A stretch of 63,969 bases of DNA, filler included, from an uncultured Methanosarcinales archaeon (GTDB taxonomy: Archaea > Nanobdellota > Nanobdellia > Woesearchaeales > CAZKBD01): NCBI GenBank assembly GCA_964550945.1. It is 3 parts of 3 records of this genome, joined end to end, with 100 filler letters (N's around TTAATTAATTAA, not from the genome) between each part and the next. Parts side by side here need not be neighbours in the genome. Positions count along the whole stretch, not along the records: positions 47,526 to 63,969 come from CAZKBD010000038.1; 2 more parts are not named here. One strand, written 5' to 3'. A model generated the notes under the pieces. The model was given only the letters and a program-made list of their open reading frames with translations. It had not been told where the DNA came from and did no database searches. The translations under genes and the position numbers were made by a program. The first letter of the stretch is position 1, and each line of letters starts with the position of its first letter. Shown in pieces: positions 47,687-58,467 of the stretch.

Positions 47687-47848
47687 ATGGAAAAAATAGA
47701 TAAATTAAGCTCTATCATAAATGAGGTTGATAGTTTGAGAAGAGAACTTAAAGAAACTGAAGGCAAAGTTGGGTTAATTAGAGATAGATTAACTGTTGTT
47801 TATGACGAGCTAGAGATTTTGAAAAAAGATGTCGTTTTTTGTAATTAA
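47687..47848 (+). CDS. Small coiled-coil protein (53 aa)
   Basis: GGAGG upstream; MEKIDKLSSIINEVDSLRRELKETEGKVGLIRDRLTVVYDELEILKKDVVFCN. Confidence 0.5.
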   Translation: MEKIDKLSSIINEVDSLRRELKETEGKVGLIRDRLTVVYDELEILKKDVVFCN

Positions 47849-48030
47849 TGGACTTTTTGGGCAGAGGCTACTTATTGGGCAAAGCTGTGAAAGAAGAAGC
47901 ATTAATAAAAGACTGATTTGATTCTTTTTTATTGAATAAAAAATAGGCTAATTCTGGGTGTTAAGAATTAGTGGCAAGTTCTCTGTGTGCAACGGAACTG
48001 ATTAGAATTAAGAAAAACAAGTCAAAAGAG

Positions 48031-49704
48031 CTAAGTGGCATGCTTTTTCTTTTTATCCTTGTATCTCCTCCAGATTATTAGTATTATCAAGATTATGATT
48101 ATTATAAGCAGTGAATAGAAAAGGTAATCTCCGCCTTTCAACACAAGTTCAAACTCTCCTTCAAGGATTTTTACAAGGCTGGTTTCCCTCTCCCCATAAT
48201 AGGCCCTGACCTTCACAAGGTTATTATCTTCTATGTCTGCCTCGCTAAGCTTAGCCTTAACTTTCTGGTCTTTTTTCTGTCCCGGTTTGAGGCTTATTAC
48301 CTCATCTGAGCCAAAACTGTTCTTTGCTCCATCCACTAGAACATCCACTAATTCTATGTCTATATAGCATTCTACACCAGATGTATCTTCTACTTCAATA
48401 TAGAATATGCCTTTCTTTTTATCATAAACTAGATTGTTGATGCTTATCTCACATTTATCCAAAACCTCTACTCTTTCAACACTTATTTTAGTATCAATAA
48501 GGCGCTCCATAGAGCCCTTCGACTCCCCATAGATTATGTACACCTCTGCCATTATTTCGCCAGCAGGCATTTTCTCTAAATCATAGACAACTGTCCTAAG
48601 TTCATTGCCATCAAGAAAAATAGGCGTTATATCCCCCACTTTCTGTTTTGAGCCGTCAGAAGCGGTTAAAGAATAGGTTCCTTTAAAATAAACCGCCTGC
48701 TCTTGGGTGTTTCTTACAGTAACCTCTAATTGGTCAGTAGCTATGTTGTATTGTATAGAATCCAGATTCATCTCTAATGTATAAACAGGCAGATAAAACA
48801 TGTCTAATGCTTCCACTTGCGAAATAGATCCTTGCGGCTGCCTTGCTCCCTGGGCAAATTTAACAAAAACACTTATGCCAACATTTCTTCTAATATAAGT
48901 TGCTGTTCCCACAAGCTCGTTGCCTATGAGAACTCCGACCTCTATTTCGCTATTTTGGACATAATCCCTGATTTGGTCTGGGACATTATTTGCTCCGATA
49001 AACACAACAGGCTCTGCCCCTGACATTACCTCCTTTTCAATAAACTCTCCGTTTGTTAATATAGCCTGCTTTGCATGCTTTATCTCCTGATATTTTTTCA
49101 CTATCTCTATGTTATTATCGAATCTATCCCCCTCTTTATCAATAATCTCAGGGTTATATGTAGATAAAGCGTCTCTCACTTCCCTATCTACATGGCCGTA
49201 TATCAACATCTTCTTAACCGATACTGTACTCAAGAATGCCTCAACATCAGCAATATTATCCCTATCAGCAAACAAGACATATGAATTGCTTACTGCTGCA
49301 TAAGGCGCAACCGATATCGCATTGTAGCCATAAGAATCGTCAACTATCACAAAACTATTAACACTTAATTTGCTGGCCAGCTCTAGATTAACATTGTCAT
49401 AAATAAATTCCTCAGCAGTATACCCATTAGATTGCAATATGCTTTCATACCCAACCACATATGGCATATCCTTTGATGAGATTACCCAAAGATGGCTCCC
49501 CTTGGGGATAGAGCTAAGTATAATCATGCTATGCTTATCACTAACTAAGAAGTTAGTGGTATGCCCAGCTAAGCTGCCATACAGCATTGTAGAGTAAACA
49601 TCCTGCCATTTTTCAGAATTAACCAGAATTTGATCAGGTTCAGCTGCAAATACGCTTGTCGCTAAAAATAAGGCCATACTTAAAAAAAAGATAAATTTTC
49701 TCAT
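48031..49704 (-). CDS. Surface protein with cell-wall-binding-2-like region, Ig-like domains and C-terminal TM anchor
   Basis: Signal peptide, GDRFDNNIEIVK motif, C-terminal hydrophobic helix plus basic tail. Confidence 0.7.
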   Translation of the reverse strand: MRKFIFFLSMALFLATSVFAAEPDQILVNSEKWQDVYSTMLYGSLAGHTTNFLVSDKHSMIILSSIPKGSHLWVISSKDMPYVVGYESILQSNGYTAEEFIYDNVNLELASKLSVNSFVIVDDSYGYNAISVAPYAAVSNSYVLFADRDNIADVEAFLSTVSVKKMLIYGHVDREVRDALSTYNPEIIDKEGDRFDNNIEIVKKYQEIKHAKQAILTNGEFIEKEVMSGAEPVVFIGANNVPDQIRDYVQNSEIEVGVLIGNELVGTATYIRRNVGISVFVKFAQGARQPQGSISQVEALDMFYLPVYTLEMNLDSIQYNIATDQLEVTVRNTQEQAVYFKGTYSLTASDGSKQKVGDITPIFLDGNELRTVVYDLEKMPAGEIMAEVYIIYGESKGSMERLIDTKISVERVEVLDKCEISINNLVYDKKKGIFYIEVEDTSGVECYIDIELVDVLVDGAKNSFGSDEVISLKPGQKKDQKVKAKLSEADIEDNNLVKVRAYYGERETSLVKILEGEFELVLKGGDYLFYSLLIIIIILIILIIWRRYKDKKKKHAT

Positions 49705-49805
49705 AAAAATACAACCACCTCTTTTAATTTAAAGATAGGGAGGAATGTTATATATAAACCTTTTGTTGGACAAAATAAAGTGGCCTAAAGTTATCTAGTC
49801 AGCAA

Positions 49806-50780
49806 CTAAACGCCAAATAATCCGCTCAGCATATTTTTTATCACAAACCTTACTAAAAAGAACACGCCCATTGTTAAAGCTATCAGTACAGGTATGTATC
49901 TAAGCCCTCTGCTCTCTTTTCCCTTGCTTATTAATCCTAAAACAAAAGAGCCTAAAATCGAATTCATGACTAAAGAAACAACCGCAAACTTAATTACAAA
50001 ATCCGCGGAAATTGTCACTTCTGTGAACATCATAGGCATTGATGCTGCCAGGGCTGTCTGGGGTATATCAATAGAAGCTAAATTCTTTGTGAGAACCTCG
50101 ACCAAGAAGGAGCTTAAGCCAAATAACAGTGGTGCTCCAAAGCCAATCGCAGCAAAAATAAAGATCACATACATCATCACATTTGCCCTGATGCGCTCAT
50201 CAACAAACCTTTGTTGCCTTAGATTCTTAGCTGTCTGCTCTAGGAGAGCAGCCAATTGGCCCCCTGACCTTAACCCAGAGACTATAAGAAGCATTGTCTT
50301 TTGCAGCCTCTCTGACTTTATCCTTTTGCTCATGTCCACCAATGCCTTGCCGATATCTGCGCCAATGGTTATTTCCTTGCCGACATAATTTATCTCGTCC
50401 TGGAATGGCCCAAATTCCGGCCTTGCACTCAATAGCAATGCCTTATCAGTAGTCAGGCCCGCTCTTAGGTTGGAGCTCATCAACTGCAATACCTCTGGAA
50501 GAATGCTCTCGACAAATCTCGCTTTTGCGTCTGCTTTTAGAAGCAGCAACATGTACACCAACACTTCAACAACAATAAACAAAATAGCAAACAAAAAAAA
50601 TATGTTTGTGTTTATCAGGTTTGCAAACATCAATGAAAAAGCTAATGATAAGCCAAAGCCGAAAAAAAGGACAAATCCTATAAATCTCTCTGTATTGATC
50701 TTTATCGCTGAGTACATCAGCAAATTTTTATAGCTAACCTTTACATTTTTGGGATAAAGATTTGACAAAAACCTGTACAT
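49806..50780 (-). CDS. Type IV pilus/T2SS F-family platform protein (TadC-like)
   Basis: LPEVLQLMSSNLRAG, ARPEFGP, SGGQLAALLE. Confidence 0.9.
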   Translation of the reverse strand: MYRFLSNLYPKNVKVSYKNLLMYSAIKINTERFIGFVLFFGFGLSLAFSLMFANLINTNIFFLFAILFIVVEVLVYMLLLLKADAKARFVESILPEVLQLMSSNLRAGLTTDKALLLSARPEFGPFQDEINYVGKEITIGADIGKALVDMSKRIKSERLQKTMLLIVSGLRSGGQLAALLEQTAKNLRQQRFVDERIRANVMMYVIFIFAAIGFGAPLLFGLSSFLVEVLTKNLASIDIPQTALAASMPMMFTEVTISADFVIKFAVVSLVMNSILGSFVLGLISKGKESRGLRYIPVLIALTMGVFFLVRFVIKNMLSGLFGV

Positions 50781-50781
50781 T

Positions 50782-51675
50782 TTACTCTTCTCCCAGCAGA
50801 TTCGGCCTTCTGGATTTTATGATCCCCAAAAACATCAACTGGAAAAATATGACAAAGCCAAACAAGCCCCAAAACACCATCTTAGTGGCAAACCCGGACA
50901 TTTTCACAAATGAGGAGATTATTATCAGAAAAGTCATCCCCAAAGAAGGCATTATCACCGCTATCAGCATGTAAAACATCGCTAGTGGATTTAACTGGCC
51001 GCCATATTTCTGCACTTGAAGTAATTGCTCCTCTGCCAATGCGTCAATTATTTCGTTTATAACTCCGGCAATGTCTGATCCTGATTTCATTCCGTTGACT
51101 ATTTGCCAGATAGCTCTCCTGAAAAAAAGAGAGGGATTTGCAGAGCCAATTTCTTCCAAAGCCTCTATCTGCGGCTTTCCGGTCCTTATCTCCTGGACAG
51201 CTGTTCCAAATTCTTTTGAAACGCCACCATAATCGCTTTTGGATATGTTCAGCAAGACATCAAACAATGTAACTCCTGAATTAAGCTGAACTAAAATATT
51301 TTGCAAGGCAGGCAAAAGGTTTTTTTCGATATTTTTTATTCGCCTGTTGGTGTATACTCTGGGGTATATCAACTGCTGGAAAAATACAAAGATAGTGAAG
51401 ACCAATGATATTGAAAATCCTGCAAATGCAGAGTTTTTCGCTCCAGAAGCGCTCAATATCATTGTGATAAACAAAAAAAAGAAGCCGCAGAATATCAATG
51501 AAGAAAGAAAACACATGCTTAAATAATCACGAGTCTCAATGTCTATTTCTGCCTGTTTAAGATGAAGCTTAAGAAACGGAAATAATGGCCTTACAAATTC
51601 TCCAACAAAAAAGAATATGTGCGCATACCTTCTCAAAACCTTTGTTGGCAAAAGCGAATAAGGTATTTTAAACAT
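50782..51675 (-). CDS. Type IV pilus/T2SS F-family platform protein (TadB-like)
   Basis: LLPALQNILVQLNSG, YGGVSKEF, FRRAIWQIVNGMKSG, KSRRP. Confidence 0.9.
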   Translation of the reverse strand: MFKIPYSLLPTKVLRRYAHIFFFVGEFVRPLFPFLKLHLKQAEIDIETRDYLSMCFLSSLIFCGFFFLFITMILSASGAKNSAFAGFSISLVFTIFVFFQQLIYPRVYTNRRIKNIEKNLLPALQNILVQLNSGVTLFDVLLNISKSDYGGVSKEFGTAVQEIRTGKPQIEALEEIGSANPSLFFRRAIWQIVNGMKSGSDIAGVINEIIDALAEEQLLQVQKYGGQLNPLAMFYMLIAVIMPSLGMTFLIIISSFVKMSGFATKMVFWGLFGFVIFFQLMFLGIIKSRRPNLLGEE

Positions 51676-51676
51676 T

Positions 51677-53182
51677 TTATTTCAACAATTTATCCGGGCT
51701 TGATTGTTTCTCAACAATCTCTGTGACAAAATCAGGATCAACATAAAATTTATTCATAACCTTGCCAATATTATCGATGCCTCGTATATTATTTTTCACA
51801 AGATACTCCAGTATTTTTTTCTTTGTTGCAATATCTTTAAATATTTGTGCCTGGCTCATTCCTGTATGCCTGCTCAGCCCCTCAAACAACCTTAGGGATG
51901 GGCTATGTGCTACCATCTGGTCATTTGCTGGCTTCCATCTGTAAAGAATGTTTGGCTTCACTACAATATTGCCGCTCTCCTCTATTGTGACAAATTCTCC
52001 AACTTGCAATGTTCTTCTAATGCCTTTTCTTCTATCTCTAAACATGACTATATTAAGGTGTACTGCGCCTAGCATGTTAGGTGGAACCTGAATTGGGGGA
52101 TTGACTAATCGTTCTATAGTCTCTTTCGTTGAATCTGCGTGCACAGTGGCATAAACACTATGGCCAGTATGCATTGCCTCAAACAAAACTTCTGCTTCCT
52201 TTTTTCTCCTTATCTCTCCCAAAACAATCCTATCCGGCCTCATTCTCAGAGCATTAACTAATAAATCAAGCATGCTTATCTCTCCTTTGCCCTCTGGATT
52301 TGGCTCTCTTGTTGTCAAAGGGCACCAGTAAAGGTGGCTTGGCAATTGAAGCTCTCTGGTATCCTCTATGCTTATCAGCCTATGATTTGGAGGGATAAAA
52401 GGCATGCAAACATTCAGGAAGCTTGTTTTTCCTGAAGCGGTTCCTCCGCTGATTAATATGTTCATCTCATATTGTATAGCCAGCCATATCAAAGCAAAAA
52501 TATCTGATGTGCATGTATTGTTAGCGATAAAATCAGTTACAGTCCAGGGATCTCTGGCGAATTTTCTGATTGTGATAGTATTTCCTTTATTTGAGATAGG
52601 GTATAAAACCGCATTTGCCCTGTCTCCTGTCACAAGATGGGCATCCAATAAAGGGTTTAATGTTGTTATCTGTCTACCAACTCTTCTGGCAATCATATTG
52701 GAATAATTCTGGATCTGCGATTCTGATGGCATAGTGATATTAGTTTCCAGCCAGCCATGGTTCTTATGATAAACCCTTATTGGCTCATCTGCTGAGTTAA
52801 TAACAATCTCTTCTAAAAAACCATCATTCAATAAGAATTCCACCTTGCCAAAACCAATCATGTCATGCAATAATGTTCCTATTAGAAATTGCTTGGTTTC
52901 TTCAGATAGGTTAGGCAGCTTATTTTTGAGCAGCAATACTGCTTTCTCCTCAAATTTTTGCTTTAAATTGCCAACAACTTTAGGGTCTAATATCTCAGAG
53001 GTTGTGATGCTGACTTCCATAACCAGCTCTCTCCTTATCTCATCCAATAATGCTAAAGTTGCTTGCTTGCATTCTGGGAGGGTTAGCTCATATTTTCTGA
53101 TAGACCCTTTGCTGCCGGTTATTTTAACCGCAACTTTAATTCCATCTGCCTCTACTGAATATTGGTCTATTGCGTCAGTCAT
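51677..53182 (-). CDS. Pilus assembly ATPase (CpaF/VirB11/FlaI family)
   Basis: ITIRKF, GGTASGKT, IEDTREL, LRMRPDRIVLGEIR, MHTGH. Confidence 0.95.
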   Translation of the reverse strand: MTDAIDQYSVEADGIKVAVKITGSKGSIRKYELTLPECKQATLALLDEIRRELVMEVSITTSEILDPKVVGNLKQKFEEKAVLLLKNKLPNLSEETKQFLIGTLLHDMIGFGKVEFLLNDGFLEEIVINSADEPIRVYHKNHGWLETNITMPSESQIQNYSNMIARRVGRQITTLNPLLDAHLVTGDRANAVLYPISNKGNTITIRKFARDPWTVTDFIANNTCTSDIFALIWLAIQYEMNILISGGTASGKTSFLNVCMPFIPPNHRLISIEDTRELQLPSHLYWCPLTTREPNPEGKGEISMLDLLVNALRMRPDRIVLGEIRRKKEAEVLFEAMHTGHSVYATVHADSTKETIERLVNPPIQVPPNMLGAVHLNIVMFRDRRKGIRRTLQVGEFVTIEESGNIVVKPNILYRWKPANDQMVAHSPSLRLFEGLSRHTGMSQAQIFKDIATKKKILEYLVKNNIRGIDNIGKVMNKFYVDPDFVTEIVEKQSSPDKLLK

Positions 53183-54480
53183 TTTTTATCTTCCTTCTTT
53201 CTTAATTCCGGCCCCCCAATTGCTGGATAATGGGTGACAGCAAGATTATGGCTCTCCAAAATTTGGGCCCATTCCTCTGCCTTCTCCTTGCTTATTCCAA
53301 ATATCTCAGAAACCTCTGATAGCCTTATCACACTATACTTACCTATAAGCTCATATAACTTGTCAAAATCTGTCTCATATCTCCCTACTTTTTTGACTTC
53401 TTGCTTTATCTTGGTTATATCGCCCATCAAAAGGCTGCCTTCGCCTTTAAATTTGCCTTTAAGGCTTTCTTTTTTCATTTCAAATCTCTTAAGATTTTCT
53501 TTTGCCTTGTCCAGTTTCTTAAGCTGCCTCTCCTCTTCTTTTTTCTTTTGCCTTTCTGCCCTTAATGTTATTTTCATCTCTTTTCTTTTTAGCTTATCCT
53601 GCCTTCTCAAAAGTTTTTCTTCCTGCCTCCTCTTTTTTTGCAGCCCCTTAAACGTTTTTTTCTCTTTTACGCCTTCTTCTAGCAGCTTTCTTTCTGCTTC
53701 CTTTATCTGTTTCAGCTTTGCCTCCGTTTCCTTATCAGCTGCCCCATTTTTTGCAATCTTAAACGATATTGGCATTTTGCTGAAAAATTCTTTTGTTTTC
53801 TTCATGTCTTCAAGGTCTTGTGATTTGGTCTTTTGTGGCCTCACTATAAACCTATAAGCCAACAATGACAAGCAAGCCAATGTAAAACCTAAAATCATTG
53901 TTATCCAATTAGAATATAATAATGCCACAACCGCGATTATGATCCCGATCAAGAATAGAAGGATATAAAGCAATGTTTGGTTTCCTGCCCTCAAGTTTTT
54001 ACCTTCTTTTTTTTCAGTTTTTTTGGCAAGCCTTATCTCAATAAATTTAGGCTTATTGCTGCTCTTTCTTTTTTTCATCACATGATAACCAATAAAAAAT
54101 AGATCTGCTAAGAATAATCCGCCAAGCAGGTATAATAGCCAGCCCTGGCTGATTGGGCCTTTAAGTATCCCTATCAACTCTCCCTTTAAGGCGTACAAGA
54201 AGTAAATCACAGCTAAGGTTATGATAACAAAAAATGCCTTGGTAAGGGCTCTTCCTTTTCTCTTTTTTTCTTCCTCTTCCTTATGGTGCAGCTCATAAAC
54301 AAACAATGACAAAAAGATAACTATCAGGCCAGCTATAACAGCAATCGGCCTTTTGGATATATGAGCTACAATCAATATAACCAAACCAACCCAGAACAAG
54401 GCTTCATATAAGATATTTACTGGATCTTTTAGATGATTTGGATGCATATCAGTTTTTTCCTTTTTTTTATTCTTAGCCAT
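53179..54480 (-). CDS. Membrane protein with K/E-rich coiled coil and C-terminal winged-helix-like domain
   Basis: Several TM helices, charged helix, ETDFDKLYELI...EEWAQILE..L....YP. Confidence 0.75.
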   Translation of the reverse strand: MAKNKKKEKTDMHPNHLKDPVNILYEALFWVGLVILIVAHISKRPIAVIAGLIVIFLSLFVYELHHKEEEEKKRKGRALTKAFFVIITLAVIYFLYALKGELIGILKGPISQGWLLYLLGGLFLADLFFIGYHVMKKRKSSNKPKFIEIRLAKKTEKKEGKNLRAGNQTLLYILLFLIGIIIAVVALLYSNWITMILGFTLACLSLLAYRFIVRPQKTKSQDLEDMKKTKEFFSKMPISFKIAKNGAADKETEAKLKQIKEAERKLLEEGVKEKKTFKGLQKKRRQEEKLLRRQDKLKRKEMKITLRAERQKKKEEERQLKKLDKAKENLKRFEMKKESLKGKFKGEGSLLMGDITKIKQEVKKVGRYETDFDKLYELIGKYSVIRLSEVSEIFGISKEKAEEWAQILESHNLAVTHYPAIGGPELRKKEDKK

Positions 54481-54655
54481 AACCCTCAACTTTATTCCTT
54501 TGTCTAACTCATTACATTCGCTGGAGGATATGTTTTTTAAATGTATGTGTTAATTCTGAAATGGTAACTTCCAAATTGAAGCAAATCAAAATATTTATTT
54601 TCATCGCTTTTCCACCCATTAATTTTAAATAGTAGTGCGCCAATAACCGATATTG

Positions 54656-55066
54656 ATGAAAAAAGAGGGGCAGATTAGTATAGAGTATATGGCAATAGTC
54701 GGCTTTGTGACTGTAGTTCTCATCTTATTGCTTGGCATCTCTAATTATTATTCCACTGGAACTCAGGACCAGATTGCAGTAAATCAAGTGGACCAGATAG
54801 CCAAACAAGTTATTGATGCAGCTGAATCGGTATACTACTGGGGGGAACCATCCAAAAACACTATAAAAGTGTTTATGCCGGAGAAGGTAGAGCTGATAAA
54901 CATTACAACAAACGAGATCACCTTTGTTGTAAAAACAACAAACGGCAATAGTGATATTGCATATTCTTCCTCAGTGAACCTAACCGGCTCTATACAAAAA
55001 ACCCAGGGAATCCACTATATCAATGTGGAAGCAAAAGAGGGCTATGTATGGATAAACTCCACATAA
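54656..55066 (+). CDS. Pilin-like protein, class III signal peptide
   Basis: KKEG/QISIEY followed by hydrophobic helix. Confidence 0.85.
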   Translation: MKKEGQISIEYMAIVGFVTVVLILLLGISNYYSTGTQDQIAVNQVDQIAKQVIDAAESVYYWGEPSKNTIKVFMPEKVELINITTNEITFVVKTTNGNSDIAYSSSVNLTGSIQKTQGIHYINVEAKEGYVWINST

Positions 55067-55440
55067 AAAGCCAGTCAGCTATAGAATTCCTGGCTCTCAC
55101 AGGAGTGGTGCTCTTCATGTTTTTGATTCTTCTGGGCATGACTGCAAACAGAGTTGAATATCTTGACAAGCAGAAAGAGATCATCTATGGTGAAGATTTA
55201 GTGATAAAAGTGCAAAAAGAGGTTAATCTCGCTTCCCGTTCTTTGGATGGCTATTCAAGGGTATTTGAGATACCTCAAAAATTAGGCAGCTTAAATTACA
55301 CCATTTCCATTGTTGGAAATGAGTTAACTGTAGACACCATTAACCAGGCATTCACAAGGAGGATCCCTCCAGTTGTTGGAAATATCGCAAAAGGAGCAAA
55401 CAAGATCAATAAAACAGATGGCACAATCTACCTCAACTAA
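55048..55440 (+). CDS. Pilin-like protein, class III signal peptide
   Basis: KS/QSAIEF followed by hydrophobic helix. Confidence 0.85.
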   Translation: MDKLHIKSQSAIEFLALTGVVLFMFLILLGMTANRVEYLDKQKEIIYGEDLVIKVQKEVNLASRSLDGYSRVFEIPQKLGSLNYTISIVGNELTVDTINQAFTRRIPPVVGNIAKGANKINKTDGTIYLN

Positions 55441-55921
55441 ATCGCAGATCTGGACCCTTGACTTGATGATTGCTGTATTGATTTTTCTAGGGGCTATTTT
55501 TATATTTTATAAGTACAGCATCAATCTTTCGAATATAGACCAAAATGATGTAGGCAACATAGTTGCAGATGCTAAGGTCATTTCAAGCTATCTTGTATCA
55601 GAAGGGTATCCCACTGATTGGACAGTTAGCAATGTGACTGTCATAGGATTAATGGAAAAAAACCAAAAATTGAGCGCAACAAAATTAGCTCAGTTCTCCC
55701 AGCTTGCAACAACAGACTATGAGGAAACAAGAGATCTATTTTCAACAAGGCATGATTATTTTGTTTTTATTGAAAACAAAGATGGCGAAAAACAGGCTAT
55801 CAATGGTGTTAACTGGATCGGCAAAAACTACTCAATTGATAATCCCGCTAATTTAGTAAAAGTGTATAGGTTTGTCTATTATAATTCAACAATATTAAGG
55901 CTGGGGTTGTATGTATGGTAA
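55418..55921 (+). CDS. Minor pilin-like protein
   Basis: KS/QIWTLD followed by hydrophobic helix; GYPTDW; ends LYVW. Confidence 0.82.
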   Translation: MAQSTSTKSQIWTLDLMIAVLIFLGAIFIFYKYSINLSNIDQNDVGNIVADAKVISSYLVSEGYPTDWTVSNVTVIGLMEKNQKLSATKLAQFSQLATTDYEETRDLFSTRHDYFVFIENKDGEKQAINGVNWIGKNYSIDNPANLVKVYRFVYYNSTILRLGLYVW

Positions 55922-58467
55922 AGAAAGCCTATTTTTTCAGTATGGATGCATTTATAGCAGTTTTGATTATTTTGACTGTCATTATAGTGGCTCCATCATT
56001 TTATAGTGTAAACAAGAATTCTGAGCAGCCGATCTATTTTTCTTCAGACCTTATACAGATATTATCAACCACAAAGATGGGAGAGATAAATAACTCTGAT
56101 ATCCAGCTGATAATAAACACAACCAGCCAGGATATTTTGAATAGGACCTTTCTGGAGCAGGTGCTAAGATACCAAATAACCGGAAGAGAAGACAAAGCTG
56201 AAGAGCTTGTAAGACTGATGACTGAAGGCCTATTGCCCTCCACCTATGGTTTTGGTGTTTGGGCTGAAGGTTATACTCAATCTATCTATTCGCAAGGAAG
56301 CCCGTATACAACTCAGCTTTTATCTTCAAAACAGATGATTTCAGGAATAGAAAAGTCAAGAGCAATAGAAGGCCTTAGCGCAAGAATATTTCTAACTGGG
56401 ATAAATGAGCTGGTCTCTTCATCTTATGTTTATTTTGGAGGGTATGAGGGAGATGGCAACATCACCAAATACCTTACTCTGCCTAGCTCGATAAATAACA
56501 TCACTTCTGCATACATGGAATTAGATGTCAATGATGACTTCAAGCTTTACATAAATGATAACTACTCTGGCTCTTATCATCCTCAATTTACAAATATGAC
56601 TGCTGATTCCTGGCAGCTTTCTGTGGATAACCTCAGCTTTTTTCACCCGGGGAATAACACGCTGGAATTCAGGTTCACAGGAGCAAACAAGTACATAGGT
56701 GGCGGTTATTTTAAAATTGCCTATACCACATCAGAGATTAGCCAATCAAAAGAAAATATATACAATTTTCCCGGGATAACTGGCATCATCAACCTTTATT
56801 CTTCCTTTTATGTTCCTGGAGTGTTGTACTCAATGGAGATATATCTGCATTATTCAAGTGATTATGAAGTATTCTTAAAGATTGGAGACAAAACTATTTT
56901 AGATGATAATAATCCTGGTGAAAATAAGATCACTATATCAAATGAAGAATTAAATTTAAGCCTCAATTACTCTGATCTGAGCTTATTAACGGTTCCTCTA
57001 AGGTTTGGATTGAGAAACGCCACTTATTTTGAAGCTGGTTTTGGCGGAACAGCTGATACGATCTTGATCACAGATATATCTTCAAGCATGGATCAGTGCG
57101 TTAACTATAATCCGGGAAATCTAACCTGTAATCAAACAAGGCTGGATCTTGCAAAAATCGCAGATAAGGAATTTATAAACATTTCACTGGAAGCTGAGGA
57201 GAACCAGGTGGGATTAGTGGTATACCATGCTACTGAAGTGAGCGGGCAAAGGCACCCATTAACTAACGATAAAGCCAGCCTATTCAGTTCCATCGATGGT
57301 TATGCAACATCAACAGCTAATACCTGCCTGTCCTGCGCAATATATGGGGCAATAGATGTTCTTGACGCAAGCAGCAACGCCTCTAGGATTAGATCGATGG
57401 TGTTAATGACAGATGGCTCGCCTGATAAATGCTATTTCCCTCCAAAATCCTGCAGTGTAGCTAAAGCAAAACAAGAGTCAATTGACGCAGCATGCTATGC
57501 ATATCAAACAAAAGGCATAATAGTATATGCAGTTGGCTTTGGGCCAGATTCAGATTATCAGACCCTTACAAGTATTGCAGAGTGCGGCCATGGCGCTTCT
57601 TATAACACTAATGTTTCAAATATCACAAGCATATACCAGAAAATTTCAGAGATTATTTTCAATCTTAGTTACAGCGCACAAACAATAACCTCTTTCCAAA
57701 ATGTTTCAGTTAATTCAACATTATTCCCAGATTCGTATATCCAATTTGAATATACTCCTTTAATCACACAAGATACATACGGCCTAATGCCCATAACAAT
57801 TGAAACGCCTAAATTTGGTAACTCTATAACTCAAGGCTCATTTGAAATACCAAATGGTGTTGTGGTATTAGATGCAAAACTAGCTTCATACTCAGCAGAC
57901 AAATGGACAGACCTTGCTTCAATAAGCTCTGGAGCTGGCTGGCAAAATTTCTATAACCTCTCTTATTTCGGAAGTGATTATCATATATTAGGCGATCCTT
58001 ATATAGTCAATATCCCTATAAATTACATCCAAACAGGAGAAAATAGCATAATGATCAGGACAGGATTAGCTCCAAACAACGCAACAGGAGGCTCTCCTGA
58101 TGACCGCGCTTTTTATACTTTGGGCATTGATGTGTTTATCAATTACACGAGCGTTTTTGAAAAAGCAGAGGGCTGCACTTGGACAGTCATATTTGAAGAT
58201 GATACTAATTCCACAATAAAGATACCAAGCGATTATGCAGGCCCAAATGCCTGTTCTTTTACTTCCTCGACAGAATGCCAATCAGATTATAGCGATGATG
58301 CAATTAATAATGCAGTATGCAAATTATTGGAGCGGCTGGATTTAGACGACAATGGCAAGCTCTACATAAAGATTGGCCAAGATAATTTACAGACTGAAAC
58401 TGTCCAGATAGGGGGCATCCCATACATGTGGGGCCCGACAATTATGGAAGTCAGGGTGTGGAAATGA
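55915..58467 (+). CDS. Large pilin-like protein with von Willebrand A domain (tip adhesin)
   Basis: KKA/YFFSMD signal; MIDAS DISSS, MVLMTDG, YAVGFG. Confidence 0.85.
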   Translation: MVKKAYFFSMDAFIAVLIILTVIIVAPSFYSVNKNSEQPIYFSSDLIQILSTTKMGEINNSDIQLIINTTSQDILNRTFLEQVLRYQITGREDKAEELVRLMTEGLLPSTYGFGVWAEGYTQSIYSQGSPYTTQLLSSKQMISGIEKSRAIEGLSARIFLTGINELVSSSYVYFGGYEGDGNITKYLTLPSSINNITSAYMELDVNDDFKLYINDNYSGSYHPQFTNMTADSWQLSVDNLSFFHPGNNTLEFRFTGANKYIGGGYFKIAYTTSEISQSKENIYNFPGITGIINLYSSFYVPGVLYSMEIYLHYSSDYEVFLKIGDKTILDDNNPGENKITISNEELNLSLNYSDLSLLTVPLRFGLRNATYFEAGFGGTADTILITDISSSMDQCVNYNPGNLTCNQTRLDLAKIADKEFINISLEAEENQVGLVVYHATEVSGQRHPLTNDKASLFSSIDGYATSTANTCLSCAIYGAIDVLDASSNASRIRSMVLMTDGSPDKCYFPPKSCSVAKAKQESIDAACYAYQTKGIIVYAVGFGPDSDYQTLTSIAECGHGASYNTNVSNITSIYQKISEIIFNLSYSAQTITSFQNVSVNSTLFPDSYIQFEYTPLITQDTYGLMPITIETPKFGNSITQGSFEIPNGVVVLDAKLASYSADKWTDLASISSGAGWQNFYNLSYFGSDYHILGDPYIVNIPINYIQTGENSIMIRTGLAPNNATGGSPDDRAFYTLGIDVFINYTSVFEKAEGCTWTVIFEDDTNSTIKIPSDYAGPNACSFTSSTECQSDYSDDAINNAVCKLLERLDLDDNGKLYIKIGQDNLQTETVQIGGIPYMWGPTIMEVRVWK

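Noticed and set aside
47526..47848. Short ORFs at the contig start as a provirus edge
   Set aside because: No integrase, att site or viral hallmark is visible; too little sequence.
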